From positions 1,161 to 65,160 of the forward strand of contig JBLINB010000004.1 in the NCBI GenBank assembly GCA_047638975.1: a stretch of 64,000 bases of DNA, in the 5' to 3' direction. Source of the stretch: Myxococcota bacterium (GTDB taxonomy: Bacteria; Planctomycetota; UBA1135). The notes beneath the pieces were generated by a model. It was not told where the DNA came from, searched no databases, and was given only the letters and a program-made list of their open reading frames with translations. Positions 39,712 through 48,385 of this stretch are shown in pieces (positions within the stretch are counted from its first letter, which is position 1; the number at the start of each line of letters is the position of its first letter). The translations under genes and the position numbers were made by a program.

Positions 39712-40601
39712 TAAATGGTTTCACGCGAAAGCACTCGCAAGCGTGCACTACGTGAACGAGAGTTCGAGCGTACTTCTACAGCGCTAGGCAAAATGCCTTT
39801 CTTATACACGTTGGCGAAGTCGACACTGCGCGCTTCGTTGCGGAAAGAGTTTTTAACCAGGCGATCTTCAAGAGAATGAAAACTAATTACTGCCAAGCGT
39901 CCACCATCTGCCAACAAACGTGGCGCGCACTCGAGCAACATAGAAGCTTCGTCTAGTTCGCGATTAACAGCGATCCGGATGGCTTGAAAGGTACGCGTGG
40001 CTGGGTGAAGCCCGCCCATGCCGCGACTCACCGTGCGCTCAACCAAGTCGGCAAGCTGGGTGGTACGTAGTAATTGGCCAAAGCGGCGCTGTGCGACTAT
40101 GGCATGCGCAATCTTACGCGCGAAGCGCTCTTCGCCGTATTCGCGCAACCAATGCTCTATCTCATCTTCACTAGCCTCGGCAAGTAATGAGGCCGCCGAC
40201 GCTTTCTGTGTCGTCGCATCCATACGCATATCAAGTGGCCCATCTTGCATGAAAGAGAAACCGCGATCACGATCTTCGATTTGATCGGACGAAACGCCCA
40301 AGTCAGCCAGAATGCCATCAACACGGCCCTTTGCGTGTTCATTTACAACAGACTCTATTGAAGAGAAAGGCGCATGAACATAAATCACTCGCTCGCCGTA
40401 TTTTGCCAAGCGTTTTTTTGTACGCTCAATAGCTTGTGCATCACGGTCGATTCCGATGACTATGTTTTTCGGATTGGCTTCTAAGATTTTCTCAGTGTGA
40501 CCACCGCCGCCAAGAGTTGCATCAACGAAAACCCCGCCACGCTCAGCGTGCAAGGCCTTAACGGATTCATTTAACAAGACTGGAAGATGGCGAGTTGACA
40601 T
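39711..40601 (-). CDS. rsmH: 16S rRNA (cytosine1402-N4)-methyltransferase RsmH
   Basis: HLPVLLNE, DATLGGGGH, DLGVSS and SFHSLEDR motifs. I prefer ATG 40601 over the GTG at 40646. Confidence 0.93.
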   Translation of the reverse strand: MSTRHLPVLLNESVKALHAERGGVFVDATLGGGGHTEKILEANPKNIVIGIDRDAQAIERTKKRLAKYGERVIYVHAPFSSIESVVNEHAKGRVDGILADLGVSSDQIEDRDRGFSFMQDGPLDMRMDATTQKASAASLLAEASEDEIEHWLREYGEERFARKIAHAIVAQRRFGQLLRTTQLADLVERTVSRGMGGLHPATRTFQAIRIAVNRELDEASMLLECAPRLLADGGRLAVISFHSLEDRLVKNSFRNEARSVDFANVYKKGILPSAVEVRSNSRSRSARLRVLSRETI

Positions 40602-40642
40602 TAATTCACTTAGTGGTTTACGGTATTGACGGCATAAAAGGA

Positions 40643-41119
40643 TCACGAGTTATTCTCCGGTGGTTGATAATCAGGACTGGTCATATCACCAGTCGCCAGG
40701 TTGAAGTATTCATCAGCATCGATGAGGCCGCTCTCGTACTTACTACGGTCCCATATTTCGAAATAGCTCAACGCGCCGACGATCATCGCTTCACCACTGA
40801 GACTAATTCGTGCGCGTAATTCTTCTGGCAGCAAAATACGCCCTTGGGCGTCTACTTTTAATTTGCGAGAATTAGCTCCTATCGAACGCCGCAATTTCTT
40901 TGCTTGCAAGGCGTTTTTTTCATTGCGCAAAGTGGCTTCTATCTGCTTAGAAAACTCGCTACTGGTATAGATTTCAAGGCAACCATCGATTGAATTAATA
41001 ACACATTCAAAAGACTCGCGCTCGTGAAGGTCTTTAATCGCATCCATGAACCCACGCGGCACGAACACACGACCTTTTTGGTCTATTTTGTGCGCGAATT
41101 CTCCGTTGAAGTAGGTCAT
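40643..41119 (-). CDS. mraZ: Transcriptional regulator MraZ
   Basis: Duplicated DxxxR-type SpoVT/AbrB-like halves (IDQKGRVFVP and VDAQGRILLP). It is the first gene of the dcw cluster. Confidence 0.93.
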   Translation of the reverse strand: MTYFNGEFAHKIDQKGRVFVPRGFMDAIKDLHERESFECVINSIDGCLEIYTSSEFSKQIEATLRNEKNALQAKKLRRSIGANSRKLKVDAQGRILLPEELRARISLSGEAMIVGALSYFEIWDRSKYESGLIDADEYFNLATGDMTSPDYQPPENNS

Positions 41120-41163
41120 TTGTTATTAAAAAAAGTTGTTGAAACTGAGCATGGATGTTTCCA

Positions 41164-41209
41164 CCACTTACATGTTCTTTCTCACCACACGACTATACTA
41201 CAGCCCCAC
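41164..41209 (-). promoter_or_regulatory. Candidate MraZ operator: three GTGG boxes with exact 21-nt spacing
   Basis: Minus-strand GTGG occurs at 41209-41206, 41188-41185 and 41167-41164 (contexts GGTGGGG, GTGTGGTG, AGTGGTGG). The boxes overlap the candidate promoter. Confidence 0.35.
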
Positions 41210-41222
41210 CAATAATATGCAA
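41195..41222 (-). promoter_or_regulatory. Candidate sigma70-type promoter of the dcw operon
   Basis: Minus strand: TTGCAT (41222-41217), 16-nt spacer, TAGTAT (41200-41195). It lies about 75 nt upstream of the mraZ ATG. Confidence 0.25.
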
Positions 41223-41224
41223 AT

Positions 41225-41259
41225 AAAAAAACCAGGAAAATACCTGGTTTTATTTTTTT
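41225..41259 (-). terminator. Rho-independent terminator (bidirectional architecture)
   Basis: ACCAGG-aaaata-CCTGGT hairpin flanked by an A-run and a T-run. It sits 16 nt after the stop of the 41275-41781 gene. Confidence 0.7.
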
Positions 41260-41274
41260 GCTCTTTAAGGGGGT

Positions 41275-41781
41275 TTAGTGGAGTAAATCGCCCTCTTTTG
41301 TAGGGTCTACTAGTTCAGTAAGCTGCTGACTAAGCTCTGTTCGGCGCTCCTCTGTCATCTCGCGCGATTCAACTGAAAAAGTCTTCTTGGTGCGCGTTTT
41401 ACGCAACAACATGACTTCCTGCTGTCCGCGCATTTGCACACGCTCAAGCCGCAATTTTCGGTGCCGCACCAACAATAAGGACAACAAGTAGCATAAATCT
41501 TTGCGATCATCTCGCTCGTCGCTTAATAATTTGTCAAGCAATGCCAGCAACATGTCAAAATCAAGACGCAGAGCTTGGCGCTTTTCGTGCTGCGAAGTAC
41601 GCCAATAAACGACATCGGTTGATTCGTCACGCGCATTAAAGCAGGCACGACACAAATCAGCACGCTGTAAATCAGAATCTAACATCCGCAACATTGAAAA
41701 CACATCTTCGCCATCAGCAAAAGTATGTTCGCAATCACTACACTGCTGGTTGCGTTTAGAGAATTGCCAATCGTTAACCAT
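41275..41781 (-). CDS. Hypothetical zinc-ribbon protein
   Basis: 168 aa. N-terminal CSDC...CRAC four-Cys pattern followed by a charged helical region. Confidence 0.3.
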   Translation of the reverse strand: MVNDWQFSKRNQQCSDCEHTFADGEDVFSMLRMLDSDLQRADLCRACFNARDESTDVVYWRTSQHEKRQALRLDFDMLLALLDKLLSDERDDRKDLCYLLSLLLVRHRKLRLERVQMRGQQEVMLLRKTRTKKTFSVESREMTEERRTELSQQLTELVDPTKEGDLLH

Positions 41782-42237
41782 TTAACTATCTCGCAAATAA
41801 AGTTGCGAACGCAAAAACTGTAGCAATGTTCGAGAATGCTGAATGTCGTCGCCGAGGTCTTCCCATTCGGCAGCGCTAGAGTCGAGCGTATCGTCTGTTT
41901 CGACATTGCGTTCGACGACTACTCGCGCACGCACCATAACCTGCTCGCCAGCTTCGAACACGCGGAAGATACCTTTGTAGCGACGTCCTTGGTTGCGGAA
42001 GGGTTGCAAGTTTACTTTCCAATCAGAAAATACTGAGCCGCGTTGCGCATCGGTTTTGCCTTGCGGATACCCAGCACGCACGATGGCATACTCGCATGCC
42101 AACAGCAAGTCGCGACGTGGCGGAGCATCTTCTATCACGAATTCTTCCCAACGCCCTGCTTCGTCAATCGGCAGCGCAGTGCTACAAGACATCATTGAAA
42201 GTGCCGCCACCAATATCATTAATACTTTGCTACTCAT
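41782..42237 (-). CDS. Small lipoprotein of unknown function
   Basis: 151 aa with a signal peptide and lipobox-like SMMSC. It directly abuts the downstream gene. Confidence 0.35.
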   Translation of the reverse strand: MSSKVLMILVAALSMMSCSTALPIDEAGRWEEFVIEDAPPRRDLLLACEYAIVRAGYPQGKTDAQRGSVFSDWKVNLQPFRNQGRRYKGIFRVFEAGEQVMVRARVVVERNVETDDTLDSSAAEWEDLGDDIQHSRTLLQFLRSQLYLRDS

Positions 42238-42242
42238 TATTT

Positions 42243-43586
42243 TTACCCACTTTTAGAAGCCGAACGCTTACGCTCACGCAATACGAAGCGCACCGGCACT
42301 TTTGTTATTTTAAGGCGCCGCCTAAATTCGTTCTGCAAGGCTCGCATTAACTCTTTAGAGAATAAACTATTTTTATTAACAAACAACAAAAACGTTGGCG
42401 GCAAAGTACCTAGTTGCGTCGCATAATAAAAACGAGGACGCTCTCCGCGTCCGCGGATGCGCATGTGTTCGAAGACGGTCTGCATCTCACGGTTCAAGAC
42501 GCCGGTACCTAACTGCAGCTGCCCTTCTTCATGTACTGACAAGATATCGCGCATGACACGGTCGATACCTTTCTTTGTCACATTTGAGAGCATCGCGATG
42601 GGCGCGCCACGTAAGTGCGGTAATTTATGCTCGACCAGATCTCTGAATTCGTCGATTGTAAAATCTGGCACCAAGTCGTGCTTCGTGCCAACAATAATAA
42701 CTGCCTTATAACGGTCTTTAATGGTACGCGCTAATTCTTTATCCATGCGCGCAACGGTTTCGTTCATGTCCAAGAACAATAGCGCAATATCAGAGCGCTG
42801 AATAGCCTGGTCACTACGCGTTAAAGAGAAAAACTCGATAGGAGTATTAACCTTACCTTTGCGGTGCACACCAGCCGTATCAACCAAGGTGATTGCTGTA
42901 CCTTTATAGTCGACACTAATGTCTACAGCATCACGAGTGGTGCCCGCAACATCTGAAACGATTACTCTGTTTTCTCCGGTTAGTGCATTCACGAACGAAG
43001 ATTTTCCGGTGTTACGCCTTCCGATGATCGCAACATTCACAGACTCTTTCTCTTCTATCAATTGCTCGGCGGGTAAAACCTCGGCCAAGCGCTTATACAA
43101 ATCAGAAAAGCCCTGTCCCTCTTGTGCCGATAACGGCGTAGGCTCGCCAAAACCCAAAGCCGTAAAATCGTTTACGGATGCCTGTGCAGTGCGCGTCTCG
43201 CATTTGTTAGCGACCATCATTACTGGCACATCGCTCTTACGCAGGTAAGCGGCAACTTCTTCATCAAGCAAAGCAATGCCTTCGCGAGCATCTACCACAA
43301 ACAGCACTAAGTCAGATGCAGCGATTCCGGTAATAATCTGGTACTCAACAGAATCTTCCAGATTATGATTGTCAACAATACCGATACCACCGGTATCCAT
43401 AATGTCGAAGCCTAGATTGAAATCAGGGACACGCGCTGGCAAGATGAAACGGTCGCGCGTCACGCCTGCAGTAGCATCGACAATTGCGCGGCGCTCGCCA
43501 ACGATTCTGTTAAATATCGATGACTTGCCAACATTTGGACGGCCAACGATAGCAACTAATACTTTTTTATTCTTAGGAGTAATCAT
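42243..43586 (-). CDS. der: Ribosome-associated GTPase EngA/Der
   Basis: Two tandem G domains (GRPNVGKSS, GRRNTGKSS; DTGG, DTAG; NKCE, TKHD) plus a KH-like C-terminus. Confidence 0.95.
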   Translation of the reverse strand: MITPKNKKVLVAIVGRPNVGKSSIFNRIVGERRAIVDATAGVTRDRFILPARVPDFNLGFDIMDTGGIGIVDNHNLEDSVEYQIITGIAASDLVLFVVDAREGIALLDEEVAAYLRKSDVPVMMVANKCETRTAQASVNDFTALGFGEPTPLSAQEGQGFSDLYKRLAEVLPAEQLIEEKESVNVAIIGRRNTGKSSFVNALTGENRVIVSDVAGTTRDAVDISVDYKGTAITLVDTAGVHRKGKVNTPIEFFSLTRSDQAIQRSDIALLFLDMNETVARMDKELARTIKDRYKAVIIVGTKHDLVPDFTIDEFRDLVEHKLPHLRGAPIAMLSNVTKKGIDRVMRDILSVHEEGQLQLGTGVLNREMQTVFEHMRIRGRGERPRFYYATQLGTLPPTFLLFVNKNSLFSKELMRALQNEFRRRLKITKVPVRFVLRERKRSASKSG

Positions 43587-44339
43587 TTATCTTAACTGTA
43601 GTAACGGGTGCACTTGCGGAACAACTCGCACGTCAAGCTGACGCGACACCCCTGCCGTTAACCATTTTAGCATCTGCGCACTAGTTGGCGGCAAAGGTGA
43701 TTTTGGCATCGGGGTTAATGGCTGTAAAAAAATGGGCACTGAGGGGCAGTGCTCGCTGACAAAGCGGTACATGTCGTCCACTTCTTCGGCGGTAGTCTCG
43801 ACGCTCAAAACCATCTTCAATTGGGCATTGAGCTTCTTTTCGGCTATATAAGACAAACACTGCTTATGCTCCGAGTAGAGTTCTTGGGCCATCAGCGACG
43901 GTGTTTTCCAGTCTAGCGACACGATATCGAATTTGTCGGCAACACGCGCGAAGGCCTCGGCATCGTTACCAGAAGTTTCGAGCAAAACCTTAGCTGGCCA
44001 CAATTCAGCGATTTGCGCAGCGAAGTCAGCTTGCTCTAGAACCTCGCCGCCAGTCAAAGACAAACATACTTGATCGGCATTCAACTCGCATTCGGCCAAC
44101 AGCTCCGTTAAATGAGTCACAACTGCATCTGCGGCAATCGGGTTTGGCTTAAGCTCTGTGCCAGAAGCAGTATGGATTTCAAACTGTTTGCGCTGCTTCC
44201 AAGATCGCGGAGTATCGCAATACACACAACGCAAAGGACAGCCACCCAATCGGCAAAAGACGTGCGGACGTCCTAATTCGCCACCCTCGCCTTGAATGCT
44301 AAAAAAAATTTCGTCGAGATGACCGTTTAAGATGTTCAT
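43587..44339 (-). CDS. queE: 7-carboxy-7-deazaguanine synthase (radical SAM)
   Basis: [10 protein letters not shown] and a CxxxCxxC cluster ([10 protein letters not shown]). I prefer ATG 44339 over 44396. Confidence 0.85.
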   Translation of the reverse strand: MNILNGHLDEIFFSIQGEGGELGRPHVFCRLGGCPLRCVYCDTPRSWKQRKQFEIHTASGTELKPNPIAADAVVTHLTELLAECELNADQVCLSLTGGEVLEQADFAAQIAELWPAKVLLETSGNDAEAFARVADKFDIVSLDWKTPSLMAQELYSEHKQCLSYIAEKKLNAQLKMVLSVETTAEEVDDMYRFVSEHCPSVPIFLQPLTPMPKSPLPPTSAQMLKWLTAGVSRQLDVRVVPQVHPLLQLR

Positions 44340-44382
44340 CTCGACGCTATTAGATTTTGGAAAGTTCGAAAAAGCCGAAAGC

Positions 44383-44652
44383 TTAGACGAATTCATCAGC
44401 AGCGGCTGCAGCGGCTGCTACGCCTTCTGCTGCTTCTGCTGCTTCTGCTGCGCGGGCTATCTTAGCCGCTTCTTTCAGCTGCTTTTTAGAGACAGACTTG
44501 AAGTTTGTGCGCACCTTACGAAGACCCAATGGGTTTTCGCCTTCTACGTAATCGCCGGACTCTTCTAGAATATCTAGGCGCTCACGACGAGTGTACACAG
44601 AGCGAGAGGTTGACAAACCGCTACCGAGATTTAGTGACTTATGAATGGACAT
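44383..44652 (-). CDS. Small basic protein (MSIHKSL... type, Ala/Glu-rich tail)
   Basis: 89 aa. The Lys/Arg-rich N-terminal two thirds resemble the small basic protein family I recall as restricted to Chlamydiae, Verrucomicrobia and Planctomycetes. The C-terminus is AAEAAEAAE-Ala-rich. Confidence 0.4.
   Translation of the reverse strand: MSIHKSLNLGSGLSTSRSVYTRRERLDILEESGDYVEGENPLGLRKVRTNFKSVSKKQLKEAAKIARAAEAAEAAEGVAAAAAAADEFV
44424..44450. repeat. Perfect 3 x 9-nt tandem repeat (CTTCTGCTG) inside the small basic protein gene
   Basis: Three identical copies at 44424-44432, 44433-44441 and 44442-44450. They are in frame and encode (AAE)3 on the minus strand. Confidence 0.9.
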
Positions 44653-44657
44653 CTTTT

Positions 44658-45173
44658 TTAATTCTTTGGGAATGGACTAATTTGAGCATCAGCGAAAGGC
44701 CTGACGCCTCCAAGACCATTAAGGGTCAGTGTTTGCAGCCGAACAAGCGATTCGTTAAGAGACTCTTGCGACGTTGACGCGTCGACGTAGAGCTCGAAAA
44801 CAACCCCTGCTGAGGAGACTTTTCTCCGTGCAAGTTCAACAGTATAGCCAAGTTCAACCAGTTTTGTACCCAACTTTTGCACAAGCTCGAGATTTTCTGC
44901 ATCGGCACTGCGCGCCAGGATGCTATAAACCACTGGCTCGGCTACCTTGTCGTTTTCTCCTCCAACGAATTTGAAAGAAAGATAAAACACGGCAAGAGCT
45001 AAAATCACAAAGCCAACGACTTTAAAGTTAATTCTTGGCTTAAAAGTGTTTACATACGACACATCATCTTTATCACGCGACTGCTCCTCGCGTAAAAGAT
45101 CGAGCAATTGTCTTTTTCCTGGTGTCATTTGATTATTAACAGAGATAGTAACGCGATTAAGGTACAATCGCAA
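44658..45173 (-). CDS. Bitopic membrane protein with SPOR-like C-terminal domain
   Basis: A single TM helix (VVGFVILALAVFYLSF) is followed by a beta-alpha-beta-beta-alpha-beta-like segment (YSILARSADAENLELVQKLGTKLVELGY..VFELYV). An alternative start lies at 45128. Confidence 0.3.
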   Translation of the reverse strand: MRLYLNRVTISVNNQMTPGKRQLLDLLREEQSRDKDDVSYVNTFKPRINFKVVGFVILALAVFYLSFKFVGGENDKVAEPVVYSILARSADAENLELVQKLGTKLVELGYTVELARRKVSSAGVVFELYVDASTSQESLNESLVRLQTLTLNGLGGVRPFADAQISPFPKN

Positions 45174-45178
45174 GAACT

Positions 45179-45688
45179 ATGACAGAATCCGTTCCCAACT
45201 CTTTGGCTAATGCCGCTGCACACTGCCTACTCGGCGATCTCAGCGAAGCCGGACTAGAGTTTATCCCGCAGCATAAGACAAATAGCGGCTACCGCCAGGA
45301 CATTAAGGATGTAAGAGTACTATTTCTAGGCGCTGAGAATGACCAGAGCGCTAATAGCTTGTTAATTGCCATAGCGAGTAAGGGGCTTGGCATAGATAAA
45401 GACTTTGCTCATATGAACTTACTGAAGAATGACTCGCAAACAATTGAGTCCGCAGTTTCTAACTATAACGCCGAGATAATCATCGTTCTAGGTGCTGAAA
45501 ACGCCATCTCGCTTTTCCCAGGCCACGATTCGCCAACTTCTTTACAGCGTGGATGCCTTCTACAGTCGAGTTATAGCACTACCCCCATCTTGATAACCGA
45601 ATCGCTTAACGCTATGCTCTCCAATCCCGAATTAAAGAAATCATGCTGGGAAGACCTACAGGTAGTCAAAGTAATTCTAAATAATTAG
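45179..45688 (+). CDS. Hypothetical protein (weak uracil-DNA-glycosylase-fold resemblance)
   Basis: 169-aa ORF. VLFLGAEND...IIVLGAENA is only loosely reminiscent of UDG-superfamily strands. No catalytic motif is seen. Confidence 0.2.
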   Translation: MTESVPNSLANAAAHCLLGDLSEAGLEFIPQHKTNSGYRQDIKDVRVLFLGAENDQSANSLLIAIASKGLGIDKDFAHMNLLKNDSQTIESAVSNYNAEIIIVLGAENAISLFPGHDSPTSLQRGCLLQSSYSTTPILITESLNAMLSNPELKKSCWEDLQVVKVILNN

Positions 45689-45708
45689 AATTACTACACA
45701 TCTTTCCT

Positions 45709-45736
45709 TTGACGCATTGCGTCGCGTCGGCATAAT
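45709..45736 (+). promoter_or_regulatory. Candidate sigma70-type promoter upstream of secretin 1
   Basis: TTGACG (45709-45714), 16-nt spacer, CATAAT (45731-45736). It lies about 60 nt upstream of ATG 45796. Confidence 0.4.
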
Positions 45737-45795
45737 CTTTAGACCTTAGCGGCCGGCGTAACCGTCGCCATTCCATAAACTTGCAAATCATCCCG

Positions 45796-48366
45796 ATGCC
45801 TTACAGTAGAAACTGTCTGTTACTAACATTGTTGACCCTGGGCGCGTGCTCAAGTTCGGAGCCTACATACGACAATGATTCCTTTGTTGCTAATGGCGAC
45901 AGCACACCTTTACTACCTTCTGAAGAGCTACAAGCTCAAGAAGCTAGTGAAGCGGCCACCGTTCGTTCCCAGCGTAATGCCTTGATGGCAGAGGCCTACG
46001 TTGACCTCGGAAATGACGCTTTCGAGCGTGGTGACTACAAGGGTTCAGCCGCTCAATACGCGAAGGCTTCTCTGCTAGATCCAAGCAATGTCATGGCGCG
46101 CGACGGCTCACGTCGTTCACAATCTGCTATGGCTGGTGGCTCTTACGACATCGATTCTTCAGAAAATGTTTTGCAAACTGCCCAAGCACGCGCAACGGCA
46201 AACCGCATTCGAATCGAAGGTCTTGTGCGTGATGGCGATCAAGCTATGTCCCAGGGGCAATATGCAAAGGCCGTTGATTACTACCAAATCGCCAAGCAAG
46301 CTGTCGATTACAACCCTAACTTAGCTGTTGGTGCCCTCGACGGAACTTTAGTGCATTCAAAGTTTGAGCAAGCTGTTAGCGCACGCAACGATCTTGAATC
46401 GAGCCAGCGTAGCAACATGGCTGCCGCAGCAGCTTCAGAGGCTGCTGAGTTGCAAACCGAACGCGTTAACTACCGTAACAACTTAATCTCGACTCACCTT
46501 TCAGAAGCCAACGAGCATTTCCTAAGTGGTTTCCCGTCAAAGTCTGTTTCAACACTTGACACGCTCTTGCGCATCGATCCGGGTAATACCGACGCACTTG
46601 CTCTGCGCGCCGTAGCCTTAGAAACTGCGCATCAGCAACGCGCCGCCAAGACATCTTCTGATTTCCGCGAACAGTGGCAGCGTACTTTCGAAGACTTGCG
46701 CCACAGTGCAATGCCTGCAGCATCACACTTTGCATTCGACGAAGACTACTACAATGCCGTGGTCTCCAAGCGTACTTCTCTAGACTCCGCTGGTGATGTC
46801 AAAGAGCTTGATGCTACAACTGTAAAGATTAACTCTCAGTTAGACAGCACTATGATTACACCAAGTTTCGACAATTCTCTAGAAGAGATTGTTCCTAACT
46901 TGAGCGCATTCGCTGGCGTAAACTTCTTCATTACACGCGCCGTACAAGACGACGTCGATGAAGACTTGAAAATGATTCGCATTAATTTCAAGAACCCCCT
47001 CCCTATTAGTCGCGTGTTGCGCATCATGGAAGACGTCATGGGTGGCGAAGTTAAATTCGTAGTTCGCAATGGCGCGGTGTATGTAGTAACTGCCGAAGAA
47101 GCAGATACTGAATCGGTTACACGTCAATACGAAGTTCGTGACATTGTTAACTCAATCAAAGACTTCCCTCTTCCTGACTATAACCTTGCTCCTTCTGGTG
47201 GCATCGAGCCTAGCGAAGAAGAATTGCCAGAATCAGAAGCGACAGTTCTTACTGCCGACGATCTGCAAACAACTATTGAAGAAAGTATCGAGCCTGACTC
47301 ATGGGATGGCGAGCTACATTCTCTTAGTATCGAAAATGGCACACTGATTGTGCACCACCGTCCTGAAGTCCTTGACGAAATCGCGCAAATGCTTGAAGAC
47401 TTGCGCGCGCCCGCCAACATTATGGTCTACATCAAAGTTCGTTTCTTGCTTGTAGAAGATTCGTTCCTCGAAGACGTAGGCGTTGACTTCCGTGGATTGG
47501 GCAACGATGCGACATCTGGTGTCCCTGGTGACGTCGGAAGCATTAACACCGTTTTCAATGACTTTGGTGACTCTACTAATTACGGTTCACCTGGCGCACC
47601 GGGCGTACTTGGCACAGGCCAAGATGTTGGTGCAGCGTTTGCTGAAGCAGGCGAAGATATTCTCATCATCGGTCGTACCGAGCAGCTATACGATAGCCAA
47701 CTCGGTGACTCTGACTTCGAAGCATCTGGTGGATTAGCAATGCAGTATGCATGGCTAGACGACACCGAGCTACAAATGATTTTGCGCGCAGTCAAGAAAT
47801 CAAAGCGTTCGGAAACAGTCATCGAGCCAAGCTTGATGGTACATAACACCGCACGTGCTAACCTAGTTGTAGCCAACCAAGTGTCATACATCTCTGACTT
47901 CGACGTAGAGATCGCATCTTCTGCATCTATCGCCGACCCTATCGTGTCAGTAGCTAACGACGGCGTCTTCCTAGATGTGCGCCCAGTAGTTACAGCCGAC
48001 CGTCGTTTCGTATGGATTGACGTTCGTCCGACAGTTGCAAACCTTAAGCGCCCTATTGCTACTCTACAGACATCACTAGGTACTGGTTCTCCAGTTAACT
48101 TAATGTTGCCTGAACTAGAGCTGCAAAAAGTACGCACCCGCGCACTAGTCCCAGACGGAGGCACCCTGTTGCTTGGTGGTATGAAAACCGTCAAGGAAAA
48201 GACGCTTGAATCCGGAGTTCCTTTCCTAAGTGATATTCCAATTCTTTCCTTCTTCTTCTCGCGCAAAGGCTCTTACGAGACTTACCAGAAGTTGTTAATT
48301 CTACTCACAGCCAACATTATTCTACCAGAAGAGTACGAGCCAACTGTACTGCCAAGCAATCTGTAG
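45796..48366 (+). CDS. Secretin-family outer-membrane channel protein with lipoprotein signal and N-terminal TPR-like extension (secretin 1)
   Basis: Start MPYSRNCLLLTLLTLGAC (lipobox). There are about 300 aa of TPR-like helices. A secretin N-domain follows (TLIVHHRPEVLDEIAQMLEDLR..MVYIKVRFLLV). The C-terminal secretin core is GGTLLLGGM...GVPFLSDIPILSFFF. Confidence 0.85.
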   Translation: MPYSRNCLLLTLLTLGACSSSEPTYDNDSFVANGDSTPLLPSEELQAQEASEAATVRSQRNALMAEAYVDLGNDAFERGDYKGSAAQYAKASLLDPSNVMARDGSRRSQSAMAGGSYDIDSSENVLQTAQARATANRIRIEGLVRDGDQAMSQGQYAKAVDYYQIAKQAVDYNPNLAVGALDGTLVHSKFEQAVSARNDLESSQRSNMAAAAASEAAELQTERVNYRNNLISTHLSEANEHFLSGFPSKSVSTLDTLLRIDPGNTDALALRAVALETAHQQRAAKTSSDFREQWQRTFEDLRHSAMPAASHFAFDEDYYNAVVSKRTSLDSAGDVKELDATTVKINSQLDSTMITPSFDNSLEEIVPNLSAFAGVNFFITRAVQDDVDEDLKMIRINFKNPLPISRVLRIMEDVMGGEVKFVVRNGAVYVVTAEEADTESVTRQYEVRDIVNSIKDFPLPDYNLAPSGGIEPSEEELPESEATVLTADDLQTTIEESIEPDSWDGELHSLSIENGTLIVHHRPEVLDEIAQMLEDLRAPANIMVYIKVRFLLVEDSFLEDVGVDFRGLGNDATSGVPGDVGSINTVFNDFGDSTNYGSPGAPGVLGTGQDVGAAFAEAGEDILIIGRTEQLYDSQLGDSDFEASGGLAMQYAWLDDTELQMILRAVKKSKRSETVIEPSLMVHNTARANLVVANQVSYISDFDVEIASSASIADPIVSVANDGVFLDVRPVVTADRRFVWIDVRPTVANLKRPIATLQTSLGTGSPVNLMLPELELQKVRTRALVPDGGTLLLGGMKTVKEKTLESGVPFLSDIPILSFFFSRKGSYETYQKLLILLTANIILPEEYEPTVLPSNL

Positions 48367-48385
48367 AAAAAGATGAAACTGTGCC

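Noticed and set aside
47580-48266. 228-aa ORF antisense to the secretin 1 C-terminal domain
   Set aside because: It overlaps the most conserved part of the secretin core on the opposite strand. Its Ser/Arg/Thr-rich composition and lack of recognisable domains indicate a shadow ORF.
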